Shown here in pieces: positions 9,826 to 18,492 of a stretch of 64,000 nucleotides of DNA. The DNA comes from a phage. The stretch's first letter is position 1, and the number at the start of each line of letters is the position of its first letter. Position numbers and translations under genes: made by a program. The DNA lies in the sequence record PZ338878.1; one strand, given 5' to 3'. The notes under the pieces were generated by a model, which had not been told where the DNA came from, made no database searches, and worked only from the letters and a program-made list of their open reading frames with translations.

Positions 9826-9968
9826 ACCCGCCCCTTAGTGATTATTTGACCAGCTAAACAAATAGCTTGTAGTACAATAAAGAAGTAGCCTAATTTTACA
9901 CTACCCAATACCCAGAATGCAATGTTTGCAAACAAACAAAAAGCAATATTAAGTCTAAAGAATAACAT

Positions 9969-10169
9969 TTAATCCCCTTCATATTTAGGTAAAGGCATAT
10001 ATGCCACAATAGGAGGGTAATCAAAGTGAAAATGATGGTTCACCACAATAATCTTACCAGACATACTTTTATGCACTTCACAATACCCTTTTCCACCATC
10101 TTCCATTACCACCACATACTCACCTAGTGGGATATCGTATGGATCTTCTACTTTTACCCATTCTGTCAT
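9969..10169 (-). CDS. hypothetical protein (66 aa)
   Basis: start moved to ATG 10169 (MTEWVKVED) with GAGGAG RBS; track start is GTG. Confidence 0.45.
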   Translation of the reverse strand: MTEWVKVEDPYDIPLGEYVVVMEDGGKGYCEVHKSMSGKIIVVNHHFHFDYPPIVAYMPLPKYEGD

Positions 10170-10321
10170 TTTGTAAACTCCTCGTAGTAAGGTAAAGCCT
10201 TGATCAGTTGTTCTGAAGTGCCATTTTGCACCCACGTAACACCATTGTCAACAGAAACATACCCTTTTTTGTCAATAAATTTACGCAGACAGCCAGTGAA
10301 CTTATTTTTGTAGATAACCAT
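10166..10321 (-). CDS. small hypothetical protein (51 aa)
   Basis: hand-translated MVIYKNKFTGCLRKF...; AAGGAG RBS; ATGA overlap with downstream gene. Confidence 0.4.
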   Translation of the reverse strand: MVIYKNKFTGCLRKFIDKKGYVSVDNGVTWVQNGTSEQLIKALPYYEEFTK

Positions 10322-10333
10322 CTTTACTCCTTG

Positions 10334-10687
10334 TTACATCCACAGGTTATGAAAATACTTAGCAAATAAAATGCGACCTTCTAAACGATCTTGCCGCTGT
10401 TTTTCATTAACTTCTTCTGGTGGAGTTGAGTCCTTAAAAGAAGACTCCATTTTTTCAAGAATTTCTAACCAGTGTTCTGCTGCTCGTTCTTCCATATAAG
10501 GTAGATAGTCACCTTTAGCGTGTGGGTACATCCGACGAAGTAACCCACTAGGAATTTTAACATTGTTTGTGGCTATCACTTTTGCACGATACGCAGAAAG
10601 TGCATTGTAGATCAGTTTACTTAGTGTCACATCCAGATCAAGAAGATCACTCTCTTCAAATTGAATTTCATCGTGTACAATTTTCAT
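10334..10687 (-). CDS. hypothetical protein (117 aa)
   Basis: ORF. Confidence 0.5.
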   Translation of the reverse strand: MKIVHDEIQFEESDLLDLDVTLSKLIYNALSAYRAKVIATNNVKIPSGLLRRMYPHAKGDYLPYMEERAAEHWLEILEKMESSFKDSTPPEEVNEKQRQDRLEGRILFAKYFHNLWM

Positions 10688-10971
10688 CGTGCCTTCTCCC
10701 GATCTGCATCTAATTTCAACAAGAAAGCTGTATACTCTTCCGAACCTTGGTGTAAAAACATGTGATAAGAGCTTACCAGTTTCTTCGTTGTCGTATAACG
10801 TTCCATTTCCCCAACAACACCTCCACCTAGTGTGTAGAGCACAATACCTTCAACTCCAACATAGTTTACTACTTCAACCAAGTCTGTGTTATCCCAATAG
10901 TAGTTAGGTGACACAATAAGATCGCCCACTGCCAGTTTAATGTTTGCTACTTCGTCTTGTGAATAATACAT
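10684..10971 (-). CDS. hypothetical protein (95 aa)
   Basis: ORF. Confidence 0.5.
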   Translation of the reverse strand: MYYSQDEVANIKLAVGDLIVSPNYYWDNTDLVEVVNYVGVEGIVLYTLGGGVVGEMERYTTTKKLVSSYHMFLHQGSEEYTAFLLKLDADREKAR

Positions 10972-10983
10972 TTGGTTCTCCTC

Positions 10984-11277
10984 TCACATTAAGACACGTT
11001 TTGTGTTGATGGGTGCATTATCAAACATGTTAAGAACATTATCAAGCAGTTTTACTAATTCATTTGTAATTTGTTCCCTTGAACGGGAGGAAGTGAGCAC
11101 TTTGCTTTCACCAACAATATGCATAACTTTTATAGGAGCGTCTAAAATGATGTTGTGCTGATGATCCTCTTCAAAAGAAGCCAACCATTTCTCATTGTTA
11201 CCGTGCAAGGCTACAATCACACCAAAACCGTTAATTGTTTCAGAAATATTCTTAGTTGCTAAAGTAATGTTCATCAT
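10984..11277 (-). CDS. hypothetical protein (97 aa)
   Basis: ORF; first gene of minus block. Confidence 0.5.
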   Translation of the reverse strand: MMNITLATKNISETINGFGVIVALHGNNEKWLASFEEDHQHNIILDAPIKVMHIVGESKVLTSSRSREQITNELVKLLDNVLNMFDNAPINTKRVLM

Positions 11278-11333
11278 CTACCTCTTTTGTTACGATACAC
11301 ACAGAGTACCAGAAACTAATTTCAGATCAAGTA

Positions 11334-11361
11334 TTGACATACTGTTTTATTGTGCTAATCT
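11334..11361 (+). promoter_or_regulatory. candidate sigma70-type promoter in divergent intergenic region
   Basis: TTGACA, 16-nt spacer, extended -10 TGcTAATCT. Confidence 0.4.
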
Positions 11362-11393
11362 TAATGCATACACAAATGAGAGGAGATAAACGA

Positions 11394-11945
11394 ATGCAAA
11401 ACACCGATCTGACTTGGGTAGAAGCCAAAGAAGCAATGTTAAAAGGCAAACGTGTTAAACATAAATACTTTTGCGAAGGGGAATGGTTTGAAATGCGTAA
11501 CCGATCCCTTGTAGACGAAAAAGGAAATAACATGGAACAATGGTTCAAAAATGAAATTTGGCAGGGAACAGGTTGGTCTATAGTTGAAGATCAGCCTAGC
11601 TCAAGCGCACTGTTTAGCCCTATTATGTATCGCGTCATCGGTGCTTTAGTTGTTGATCACGGAATTGCAGTGGAAAAAGAATGCTGGGAAGAGGTATCTT
11701 TTTTCAACCTGGCTTCTTATGCAAAAAGCCATATGCACTTGTTTGAAGAAGGTGATGAATTTGTTCTTCGTATGCGATATGGCAAAGAATTCAGATTACC
11801 ACTTGATAATGATGTAGACACTGTTGTAAAATGGTTAGCAGAGCATTATGCTTACGATGCAATTTGTGGTCGCAGCTTCGGCAACGAACGCTGGGACATG
11901 ATTTGTGAAAAATATGATTTTGAGCCGGAATACGGAGTTTTATAA
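11394..11945 (+). CDS. hypothetical protein (183 aa)
   Basis: start at ATG 11394 with AGGAG RBS. Confidence 0.5.
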   Translation: MQNTDLTWVEAKEAMLKGKRVKHKYFCEGEWFEMRNRSLVDEKGNNMEQWFKNEIWQGTGWSIVEDQPSSSALFSPIMYRVIGALVVDHGIAVEKECWEEVSFFNLASYAKSHMHLFEEGDEFVLRMRYGKEFRLPLDNDVDTVVKWLAEHYAYDAICGRSFGNERWDMICEKYDFEPEYGVL

Positions 11946-12196
11946 TGTTAAGTATCAAACCTAAAATGATAACAGCAGATGAAGCAGACTTTATTTTCAA
12001 ATGTGGACGTGTATGGAGAGAATTCACAAAAGGGAATGAAGTGGTTGTTGTTGTCGAACACAAGATATCTATCCAGGATCTGTTTGGACAATATGTTGAT
12101 GTTATTAAATTAGGTATTGACAAGGGTTTAGTTGAGGTGTTAACATTAGATCAAGTTGAAGCAGAGCACCTCGATAAAGTGGTGGTTGAATTTTAA
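11945..12196 (+). CDS. hypothetical protein (83 aa)
   Basis: TAATG overlap with upstream gene. Confidence 0.5.
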   Translation: MLSIKPKMITADEADFIFKCGRVWREFTKGNEVVVVVEHKISIQDLFGQYVDVIKLGIDKGLVEVLTLDQVEAEHLDKVVVEF

Positions 12197-12216
12197 AATA
12201 CAGACGGGAGAAAGGT

Positions 12217-12390
12217 ATGAGTTTCTTTGTTACAGTATTTATGGCTATCTGGATTGTAGTCTCACTCGTTCTTTTCCTGGTGGGTTGTCTGGAAGAGATT
12301 AAGAAAGCGGTTATTTGCGGTTTCTTTGGTTTTATTATCTCTCCTGCCTGGATGTGGTTCTTCATTATGATTGGTTTCCTTAAAAGGTAA
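12217..12390 (+). CDS. small membrane protein (57 aa)
   Basis: hand-translated MSFFVTVFMAIWIVVSLVLFLVG...; GGGAGAAAGG RBS. Confidence 0.45.
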   Translation: MSFFVTVFMAIWIVVSLVLFLVGCLEEIKKAVICGFFGFIISPAWMWFFIMIGFLKR

Positions 12391-12404
12391 GTGAGGAATA
12401 AAGA

Positions 12405-12842
12405 ATGAGTAAAACAAACGCAATCGCAGATAAAGCAACGGATGTACTTCTGAACATGGTTAACGTCACTATTCAAACAATGAGTGATGTTGTGGAGTTT
12501 GGAAAACAACAAATTCCAGAAGTAATCCATCAATTATTAGTGTGGAAAGCAGTATCCGCAGGTTTATGGCAACTTTTTAGTATTTGCTTTATGCTTATTA
12601 CTTTTATTGCTGTGCGGAACATCGTAAAAGCAATTAAAGATAAAGAATGCCTGTGGTCACGAGATCGTTATGGTGAAGTATCTGCTTTACCTATTGTTGG
12701 TCTTGTTGTCTGTGCTTTCTTTTTCTTTTTAGGGTTTGTTATTTTCTTTTCGAATTTTGATTGGCTAAAAATCATTATTGCACCAAAAGTGTATCTGATT
12801 GAATTTGCTGCTGATTTAATTCGTTCATCTCAACAAAAATAA
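12405..12842 (+). CDS. membrane protein (145 aa)
   Basis: several hydrophobic helices; GAGGA RBS. Confidence 0.5.
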   Translation: MSKTNAIADKATDVLLNMVNVTIQTMSDVVEFGKQQIPEVIHQLLVWKAVSAGLWQLFSICFMLITFIAVRNIVKAIKDKECLWSRDRYGEVSALPIVGLVVCAFFFFLGFVIFFSNFDWLKIIIAPKVYLIEFAADLIRSSQQK

Positions 12843-12853
12843 AAGGGGTTAAA

Positions 12854-13981
12854 ATGAAATACACGATTTATGGTGATATTGTAAGTGTAAATAAAGATAT
12901 GGGCGTGGAATCTAACTACCTTCCACCTGGATTCTATACTGTTAGTCGTGATCCCCTTGGCAATTACTTTTTAAGCCGTGGTAATCTAACAGGTGTACCG
13001 GATGTTCTGTATGGTGAAACAGAAAAACGAGCAAATCACGTTATTCGTACATTCCATCGCCGTAGTGCACAAGGTAAAAACACAGGCTTGCTTCTGACAG
13101 GAACTAAGGGCAGTGGTAAAACTATGTTAGCCAAACTCATTAGTCGTGACCTTGTAGAAGAAGGTATTCCAACTATTATGGTTACTCAAGCCTACAGCGA
13201 TGCTAATTTCATTGAACTTATTAGCAAGATCACCGACAAAGCAGTGATTATTTTTGACGAGTTTGATAAAGTGTATGAGAAGAAACAAGATCAAGAAGCA
13301 CTTCTCACTTTGTTAGATGGTACTGGCAGTGGTAATAAACTGTTTATTCTGACTAAAAACAGTGGTTTTATCTCTGAATTCTTTTTAAATCGTCCTAGTC
13401 GTGTGTTTTATAATTTTAATTATGATAAAATCTCACTAGAAACTATGATTGACTACTTAGATAAAAACCTGGATAACAAAGCACACTTTGATAATTTCCA
13501 AAGACTTTGGGATGTAAGTTTAGAGTTGTCCTTTGATGTGATCCAAGGTATAGTAGAAGAACTTAATTTCTACCCTGATTTATCCTTTAAAGAATGCATC
13601 TCTATGATGGGCGTTTCTTTAGGTGGTGGTAATAAATGGGATATCAGCAGCGTTGTTATTAATGGAAAACTTCAGAAAGTTAGCTGGGTATCTAGTTGGC
13701 ATAACTTCACACCTGCAATCTTTTTAGGTGGTTCGTGCACACTAGACGTGTACTTGTCATCTCCAAGTGATGCAGACTCTAAAGAAGCCCTTGCTAATAG
13801 CTCTTACGTGGTTTTTGATGATGAAGGAGATGCTCGAATTCCATTGAATGCGACAAAAATGAAAGCAGATCTTATTACAGGCGGTAAAATCGTTGTGTTT
13901 AGTGACGATCCAGAAGATTCTTTCCGTATTGTTCTGGAACCAACTATCACCAATGGTGCAACTTTGGCAAGTGTGTTTTAA
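12854..13981 (+). CDS. P-loop (AAA-type) ATPase
   Basis: Walker A GTKGSGKT, Walker B VIIFDEFDK. Confidence 0.7.
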   Translation: MKYTIYGDIVSVNKDMGVESNYLPPGFYTVSRDPLGNYFLSRGNLTGVPDVLYGETEKRANHVIRTFHRRSAQGKNTGLLLTGTKGSGKTMLAKLISRDLVEEGIPTIMVTQAYSDANFIELISKITDKAVIIFDEFDKVYEKKQDQEALLTLLDGTGSGNKLFILTKNSGFISEFFLNRPSRVFYNFNYDKISLETMIDYLDKNLDNKAHFDNFQRLWDVSLELSFDVIQGIVEELNFYPDLSFKECISMMGVSLGGGNKWDISSVVINGKLQKVSWVSSWHNFTPAIFLGGSCTLDVYLSSPSDADSKEALANSSYVVFDDEGDARIPLNATKMKADLITGGKIVVFSDDPEDSFRIVLEPTITNGATLASVF

Positions 13982-13997
13982 GTAAGCTAGCAAATAA

Positions 13998-14020
13998 AAA
14001 CCCGCTCCGGCGGGTTTTCT
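13998..14020 (+). terminator. rho-independent terminator or attenuator
   Basis: AAACCCGC-TCCG-GCGGGTTTTCTT. Confidence 0.6.
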
Positions 14021-14055
14021 TGTATTGATGCCAGATTTAATAAGAGGAGTAATAG

Positions 14056-15453
14056 ATGACAGCACCAAAATCATGGGAACAATATAAAGAAGAATTAACA
14101 CCCCTTGCTAAAAATCACAATATTCAAATCCTGGGTTATGTTGGGGAATGGAAAGGGAGCAAGACTAAACTTAAACTATCTTGCCCTGATCATGGAGAGT
14201 GGGAAAGTACCGTAATCACTAACTTTAAAACTAGAGGCGGTAAATGTTGCCCCGATTGCAATGGTCATAGAAAAGTAACAGAAGAAAAGGAATGTATTTC
14301 CCTTGTTGATGTTGCTAAAGAAAGAGGGTTTACTTTTATAGGTCTTGCCGAGGAGTGGCGAGGTGTACGAACAAAAATTCGCATAATTTGCCCTAAACAT
14401 GGAGAGTGGAACACCACAAATATTATTAGTTTTAGGAATGGACATGGTTGTCCGACATGTGCAAGTAATAAGCCGTTAACATGGGAAACAGAATTACCGA
14501 TCTTGGAAGAGATAGCACAGAAGAAGGGGTATCAAGTGTTAGGGTACGTTGGAGAATGGAAAAGAAATAAAACAAAACTTGATTTGTTGTGTCATTGTGG
14601 TTATAAATGGGATACTACAAGTATTAACAGTTTTAAACGTGGTAGTGGTTGTCCTTTATGTGGGTATAAGAATACAGGTAAGTCACAAACAATATCCGAC
14701 GATCAACATATTGCAGATTTCTTTTCTACTGGTGTCTTCCCTGAAGGCACTATCTTCACTAACACAGGAGCACGGGGGAAAGGATGTGGGCATATTATCT
14801 GGATGGTTGAATGTCCTGTTTGCTCTCATGATGAATATGTTCAAGCAGGTGTTTGCAATGGTAAATTTTACTCTAAAGGATATAACCTTAAACGAGGACA
14901 CATGCCGTGTCGTTGTGGAAACTATCATTATACAGAAGACCAGATCACCTACAAAGTGAGAAAGGAAGTAGAGAGTAAAGGGTATATTTGGGTAGGATGG
15001 ATCAGTAAACCTAGTGCAAAAGGCAAGTTTAAATATTGGTGCAATAAACACGGGGAACAAATTGGAAATGCTGATAGTTTGATACATAGGGGAGCTGGGT
15101 GTCCACAGTGTGCTGGTCATAGTCAACAGCAATTATATATTAATATTGTTAAAGATAATGATATTATAGTTGCTCTTAAGTTTGGTATAGCTAAAGATAG
15201 CGATAGACGATTAAACCGTCAAAATAACCATAATATGTTTTTTATGGAGCGTATTTGTTTATATGATTTTAGCACAGTGAAACAATGTAAGGCTGCTGAA
15301 AGAGCTATAAAGAAAAAATTAAAAACTGGTATTTTAACGGAAAGAGAGTTGAAAGACGGTTATACAGAAACAGTAAGTGTTTCTGATTTGGAAAATCTTC
15401 AAAAAATTATTACACAATATGGTGGCAAGTTAGTATACAGTAAGGAGGTGTAA
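14056..15453 (+). CDS. multi-repeat zinc-ribbon protein with C-terminal T5orf172-like (GIY-YIG-related) domain
   Basis: tandem GEWxGxxTK...CPxHGEW...GCPxC units; C-terminal LKFGIAKDSDRRLNRQ resembles T5orf172 motif. Confidence 0.6.
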   Translation: MTAPKSWEQYKEELTPLAKNHNIQILGYVGEWKGSKTKLKLSCPDHGEWESTVITNFKTRGGKCCPDCNGHRKVTEEKECISLVDVAKERGFTFIGLAEEWRGVRTKIRIICPKHGEWNTTNIISFRNGHGCPTCASNKPLTWETELPILEEIAQKKGYQVLGYVGEWKRNKTKLDLLCHCGYKWDTTSINSFKRGSGCPLCGYKNTGKSQTISDDQHIADFFSTGVFPEGTIFTNTGARGKGCGHIIWMVECPVCSHDEYVQAGVCNGKFYSKGYNLKRGHMPCRCGNYHYTEDQITYKVRKEVESKGYIWVGWISKPSAKGKFKYWCNKHGEQIGNADSLIHRGAGCPQCAGHSQQQLYINIVKDNDIIVALKFGIAKDSDRRLNRQNNHNMFFMERICLYDFSTVKQCKAAERAIKKKLKTGILTERELKDGYTETVSVSDLENLQKIITQYGGKLVYSKEV

Positions 15454-16005
15454 ATGCGGATTACTGATAAGTATGTGTTCTTCTTCTCGGCAAAAGATGA
15501 ATTTAGCAACTGGTATCTATCATCTTTTATTGAACCTTTAGCTCCCAAGTATAATAATTCTATTACAAGTTCTGTTGAATTTACTTGTGTGGAACAATAT
15601 ATGATGTGGAGAAAAGCATGTTTGTTTTATGATTACAACATTGCATCTTCTATTTTAACCGGAGATCTAAGATATACAGGAGAAAAAGAACAGGCATATT
15701 ATAAGCGACTAGGTAGATTAGTTAAAGATTACGATGAAGCTACTTGGACTTCTTTACGGGAGAAGATTGTCAAGCGTGGTTTGTATCTTAAATACACACA
15801 AAATGAAGATCTCAAAAATAAACTTATCGCTTACGCAGATAAGGAGTTCGTAGAGGCAAGCCCTTATGATTCTATTTATGGTATCAAAATGGGGATGTGG
15901 GATCGTGATGTTGAAAACAAGGATCGTTGGAAAGGACAAAATCTTTTAGGAAAATGGCATACAGACCTTGCTGTTTATCTAAAAACACAATCTGATATTT
16001 CCTGA
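15454..16005 (+). CDS. NADAR-family (YbiA-like) protein
   Basis: FFFSAKDEFSNWY and EQYMMWRKA motifs; ATG directly follows upstream stop. Confidence 0.6.
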   Translation: MRITDKYVFFFSAKDEFSNWYLSSFIEPLAPKYNNSITSSVEFTCVEQYMMWRKACLFYDYNIASSILTGDLRYTGEKEQAYYKRLGRLVKDYDEATWTSLREKIVKRGLYLKYTQNEDLKNKLIAYADKEFVEASPYDSIYGIKMGMWDRDVENKDRWKGQNLLGKWHTDLAVYLKTQSDIS

Positions 16006-16224
16006 TATTTTGAAAATTTTTATTTTTATAAAAAGGGGTGTGGGTTTCATGTACGGAAATCCACCCTCTGAATAATATATCCAGAGTAAATATTATTCTG
16101 TACTCTGTTAATAAAGTATTTAATTTGTTTGTTGGACTATGGTATCTGATCTTTAAAAGACATACTATCTCTTAACTACTACTTATAACAGAACAGTAAA
16201 ATCATTTTTATAAAAAGGACAAAA

Positions 16225-16425
16225 TTATTTAAAGTTTTTACAGATTTTTGGCTACAAATTTTGAAAATGAAAAGTTCAAGTTTGGTCAAAATTATTTAAA
16301 GTTTTTGTATGTATTTCTATCCAGATTTTGAAAATGAAAACTTCAATTTTTTAAAAATTCCCCAGTTTATTTAAAGTTTTTTTGCCTTTTTCCGTAGAAA
16401 AATCAAAAATGAAAAGTTCAATTTC
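16225..16425. repeat. three tandem ~70-bp direct repeats
   Basis: TTATTTAAAGTTTTT at 16225, 16291, 16367; TTTTGAAAATGAAAAGTTCAA at 16258, 16325, 16401. Confidence 0.7.
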
Positions 16426-16444
16426 GTGTTTTTATAGGTGTGTT

Positions 16445-16557
16445 AATGAGAATCATTTTCGTTTGTAAATGAGAATCATTATCATTTAACTATGTAAGTG
16501 ATAATCATTCTCAGTAAGAGAATGAGAATCATTAGCAAATGAGAATTTTTCTCATTT
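16445..16557. promoter_or_regulatory. array of Fur-box-like hexamer repeats
   Basis: AATGAGAATCATTATCATT, GTGATAATCATTCTC, AATGAGAATCATT close to Fur consensus GATAATGATAATCATTATC. Confidence 0.45.
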
Positions 16558-16818
16558 ACAGAATAACGCGCAGGGGCGGTGTTTGTCTCGCGCTCCCGTG
16601 TCCCCTCGCCATACAATAAGAATAGCATAACCAACAACAAAAGCAAGCGATTATTTTTATCTTTACATTTCTTTACAAATTTATTTTAGACGAGCTACCG
16701 GCGATCAACCTTCCAACCAGGGCCGCCTGGTATGTTAGCCCCGCCTTTACGCCGTGGGGGTGGCGTTTCCTCTTCTGTATGTAAAACAGTATAAGCCCGA
16801 TCCCTGGGCTTGTCAATA

Positions 16819-17085
16819 TTATTTTTTGTTTTCTTGCCAGGATAGGACACCTAACCAAAAATACATGTCGCCCCGCGCCCCTGGCGGGATCTTGCTTTCC
16901 CCGCCGCCACTGCAAGCCCATAAATAACCGTCAGCGAACGGATCAAAGTGATCTATCTCTTCCACCTTATGATCGCCCAGGTTGAGAACGGTTTCAACCT
17001 TTAAGCCCGTTGCGCTTGCTACCTGGTGCACCGTGCCGCCTTGCCAGCCCAATGATTGCATGAGATGTAAAGGAGTATTTGTCAT
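16819..17085 (-). CDS. hypothetical protein (88 aa) in G+C-richer segment
   Basis: ORF; composition differs from surroundings. Confidence 0.35.
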   Translation of the reverse strand: MTNTPLHLMQSLGWQGGTVHQVASATGLKVETVLNLGDHKVEEIDHFDPFADGYLWACSGGGESKIPPGARGDMYFWLGVLSWQENKK

Positions 17086-17196
17086 GGTATCGCCCTTTCT
17101 TTGATGTGCGCCCTGGTTGGCGCGGTAGAAAGATAATAGCCGTTTCTTTTATAGATAGCAAGCAAAAAAGAAATGAAAAAAAGATTAAAAAAACGG

Positions 17197-17256
17197 TTGA
17201 CGTTCCTCACCTGGTAGCGTAGTATTCATCTTGTCGAGGGGCGGCAATAGTGCCGC
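17197..17256 (+). promoter_or_regulatory. promoter + 5'-UTR hairpin cassette
   Basis: TTGACG N17 TAGTAT; hairpin GGCGGCA-ATAG-TGCCGC. Confidence 0.6.
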
Positions 17257-17280
17257 TCATAACAGAAGAGAGAAATAATC

Positions 17281-17553
17281 ATGGCATCATATAGCGCATC
17301 AATGATCGTAATGGGTATCACTGGTAAACCTATGCGCGGTGGCGGATCTTTCGCTAACATCAACATTGACGGGCGTTTATCCCTGGACGCAGCGATCACA
17401 GTGGCACGGGAAACATTTAAAAAAGAATGTAATTTCAATAAACAAGATTATCTCGGTTTTGCTATTGAAAAAACCGCGCGCTTTGTGGATTATAAAAGCC
17501 CGAAAATGATCGACACTACACTAAAAGCGCAAGATGTAGCGTTTTTGCTTTAA
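17281..17553 (+). CDS. hypothetical protein (90 aa)
   Basis: RBS + ATG after cassette. Confidence 0.55.
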   Translation: MASYSASMIVMGITGKPMRGGGSFANINIDGRLSLDAAITVARETFKKECNFNKQDYLGFAIEKTARFVDYKSPKMIDTTLKAQDVAFLL

Positions 17554-17556
17554 GGT

Positions 17557-17618
17557 TTGACACTGAAAAATAATTGGGTAATATATACGACATAAGGCGG
17601 GGAAATGGTTTCCCCGCC
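17557..17618 (+). promoter_or_regulatory. promoter + 5'-UTR hairpin cassette
   Basis: TTGACA; hairpin GGCGGGGAAATGGTTTCCCCGCC. Confidence 0.6.
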
Positions 17619-17640
17619 AAATCAAAGAAAGGGTAATGCA

Positions 17641-18003
17641 ATGAGCAAGCAAATCAATACTATCATGTTTAATCTGGTATCTTTCCGCGATGACGTGAAA
17701 AATCTTTCGCGTGATGCAGTGGATGCACGGATCGAAAGCTATCGCACACAGATCGCAACGTTACCGCTGAAACGTGATCAACATGCCGCTAATATGATGC
17801 TTGATGCTATGATTAAAAAGATGATTCAATGTGATCTTACCCTGGCTTATGAATATGCTGGCGATCTCTTTGTAACATACAGCAAGCCCGTACCAGGCAT
17901 GAGCACCACGGAAGAATTGCATGCCTTAAATCTGCGACAAGATGCATGGGATAACATGCGCCGTGTTATGGTATGGGTAGAAAGCGGTAAAATTTACGAA
18001 TAA
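17641..18003 (+). CDS. hypothetical protein (120 aa)
   Basis: start at ATG 17641 after hairpin; track start 17605 lies inside hairpin. Confidence 0.55.
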   Translation: MSKQINTIMFNLVSFRDDVKNLSRDAVDARIESYRTQIATLPLKRDQHAANMMLDAMIKKMIQCDLTLAYEYAGDLFVTYSKPVPGMSTTEELHALNLRQDAWDNMRRVMVWVESGKIYE

Positions 18004-18009
18004 AAACGG

Positions 18010-18064
18010 TTGACATTGCACTAAAACCTGATAAGCTATCTTAAAGCGGGAATTGTTCCCGCTT
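18010..18064 (+). promoter_or_regulatory. promoter + 5'-UTR hairpin cassette
   Basis: TTGACA; hairpin AGCGGGAATTGTTCCCGCT with compensatory end pair. Confidence 0.55.
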
Positions 18065-18081
18065 ATATAGGATAAAACTTT

Positions 18082-18228
18082 ATGAAACAATATGTAATGA
18101 GTATTCATACCAAAAACGGCGCTACTGTTACGACTCCGGCACGGTTTGCACTTGTAAACCGTTGCAAGAGACTAAAACGAGAGCTAAAAAATAACCGTGC
18201 AACGGGCTTTAAACGCTGGGGAGGATAA
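18082..18228 (+). CDS. small basic protein (48 aa)
   Basis: hand-translated MKQYVMSIHTKNG...KRWGG. Confidence 0.4.
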   Translation: MKQYVMSIHTKNGATVTTPARFALVNRCKRLKRELKNNRATGFKRWGG

Positions 18229-18230
18229 TC

Positions 18231-18491
18231 TTGTTTTTTCTAAAAGTTTTTGATAATGTGATCGCTTTTGAACATGCTACAACGTTCGACCTGGCGAGAT
18301 ACGCTATCAGGTTTAAAGATAATGTTTATCCCCGTGCTGGCGGCGGTTACACTATTTTTAATCATCGCAACGCGCAACTGACTGATGTAACTAATCCAGA
18401 TCCTGGAGTGTATCGGATAGGCTGGCTACCGTCAAAAGACGCTGCAAGCATGTTTAAGGTATGTAAACTACTAACAGAAGAGGCGAACTAA
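18231..18491 (+). CDS. hypothetical protein (86 aa), TTG start
   Basis: GGAGG 6 nt upstream of TTG. Confidence 0.4.
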   Translation: MFFLKVFDNVIAFEHATTFDLARYAIRFKDNVYPRAGGGYTIFNHRNAQLTDVTNPDPGVYRIGWLPSKDAASMFKVCKLLTEEAN

Positions 18492-18492
18492 C

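Noticed and set aside
9826-9968. Possible 42-aa hydrophobic minus-strand ORF
   Set aside because: Hand translation did not close in frame with the apparent stop codon; left unannotated
16225-16425. Tandem repeats considered as a CRISPR array
   Set aside because: Only three AT-rich units with internal sub-blocks, no palindromic repeat plus unique-spacer pattern and no cas genes
16673-16921. 82-aa minus ORF overlapping 16819..17085
   Set aside because: Alternative frame of the same G+C-rich segment; only one can be real and the 88-aa ORF has the better start context. Both remain uncertain
17605-17640. ORF-track N-terminal extensions starting on the ATG inside the hairpin loop (also 20851, 25592, 19839, 20196, 26729)
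   Set aside because: That ATG is part of the GGCGGGAAATGGTTTCCCGCC stem-loop and lacks an RBS; the true start is the downstream ATG preceded by a Shine-Dalgarno sequence
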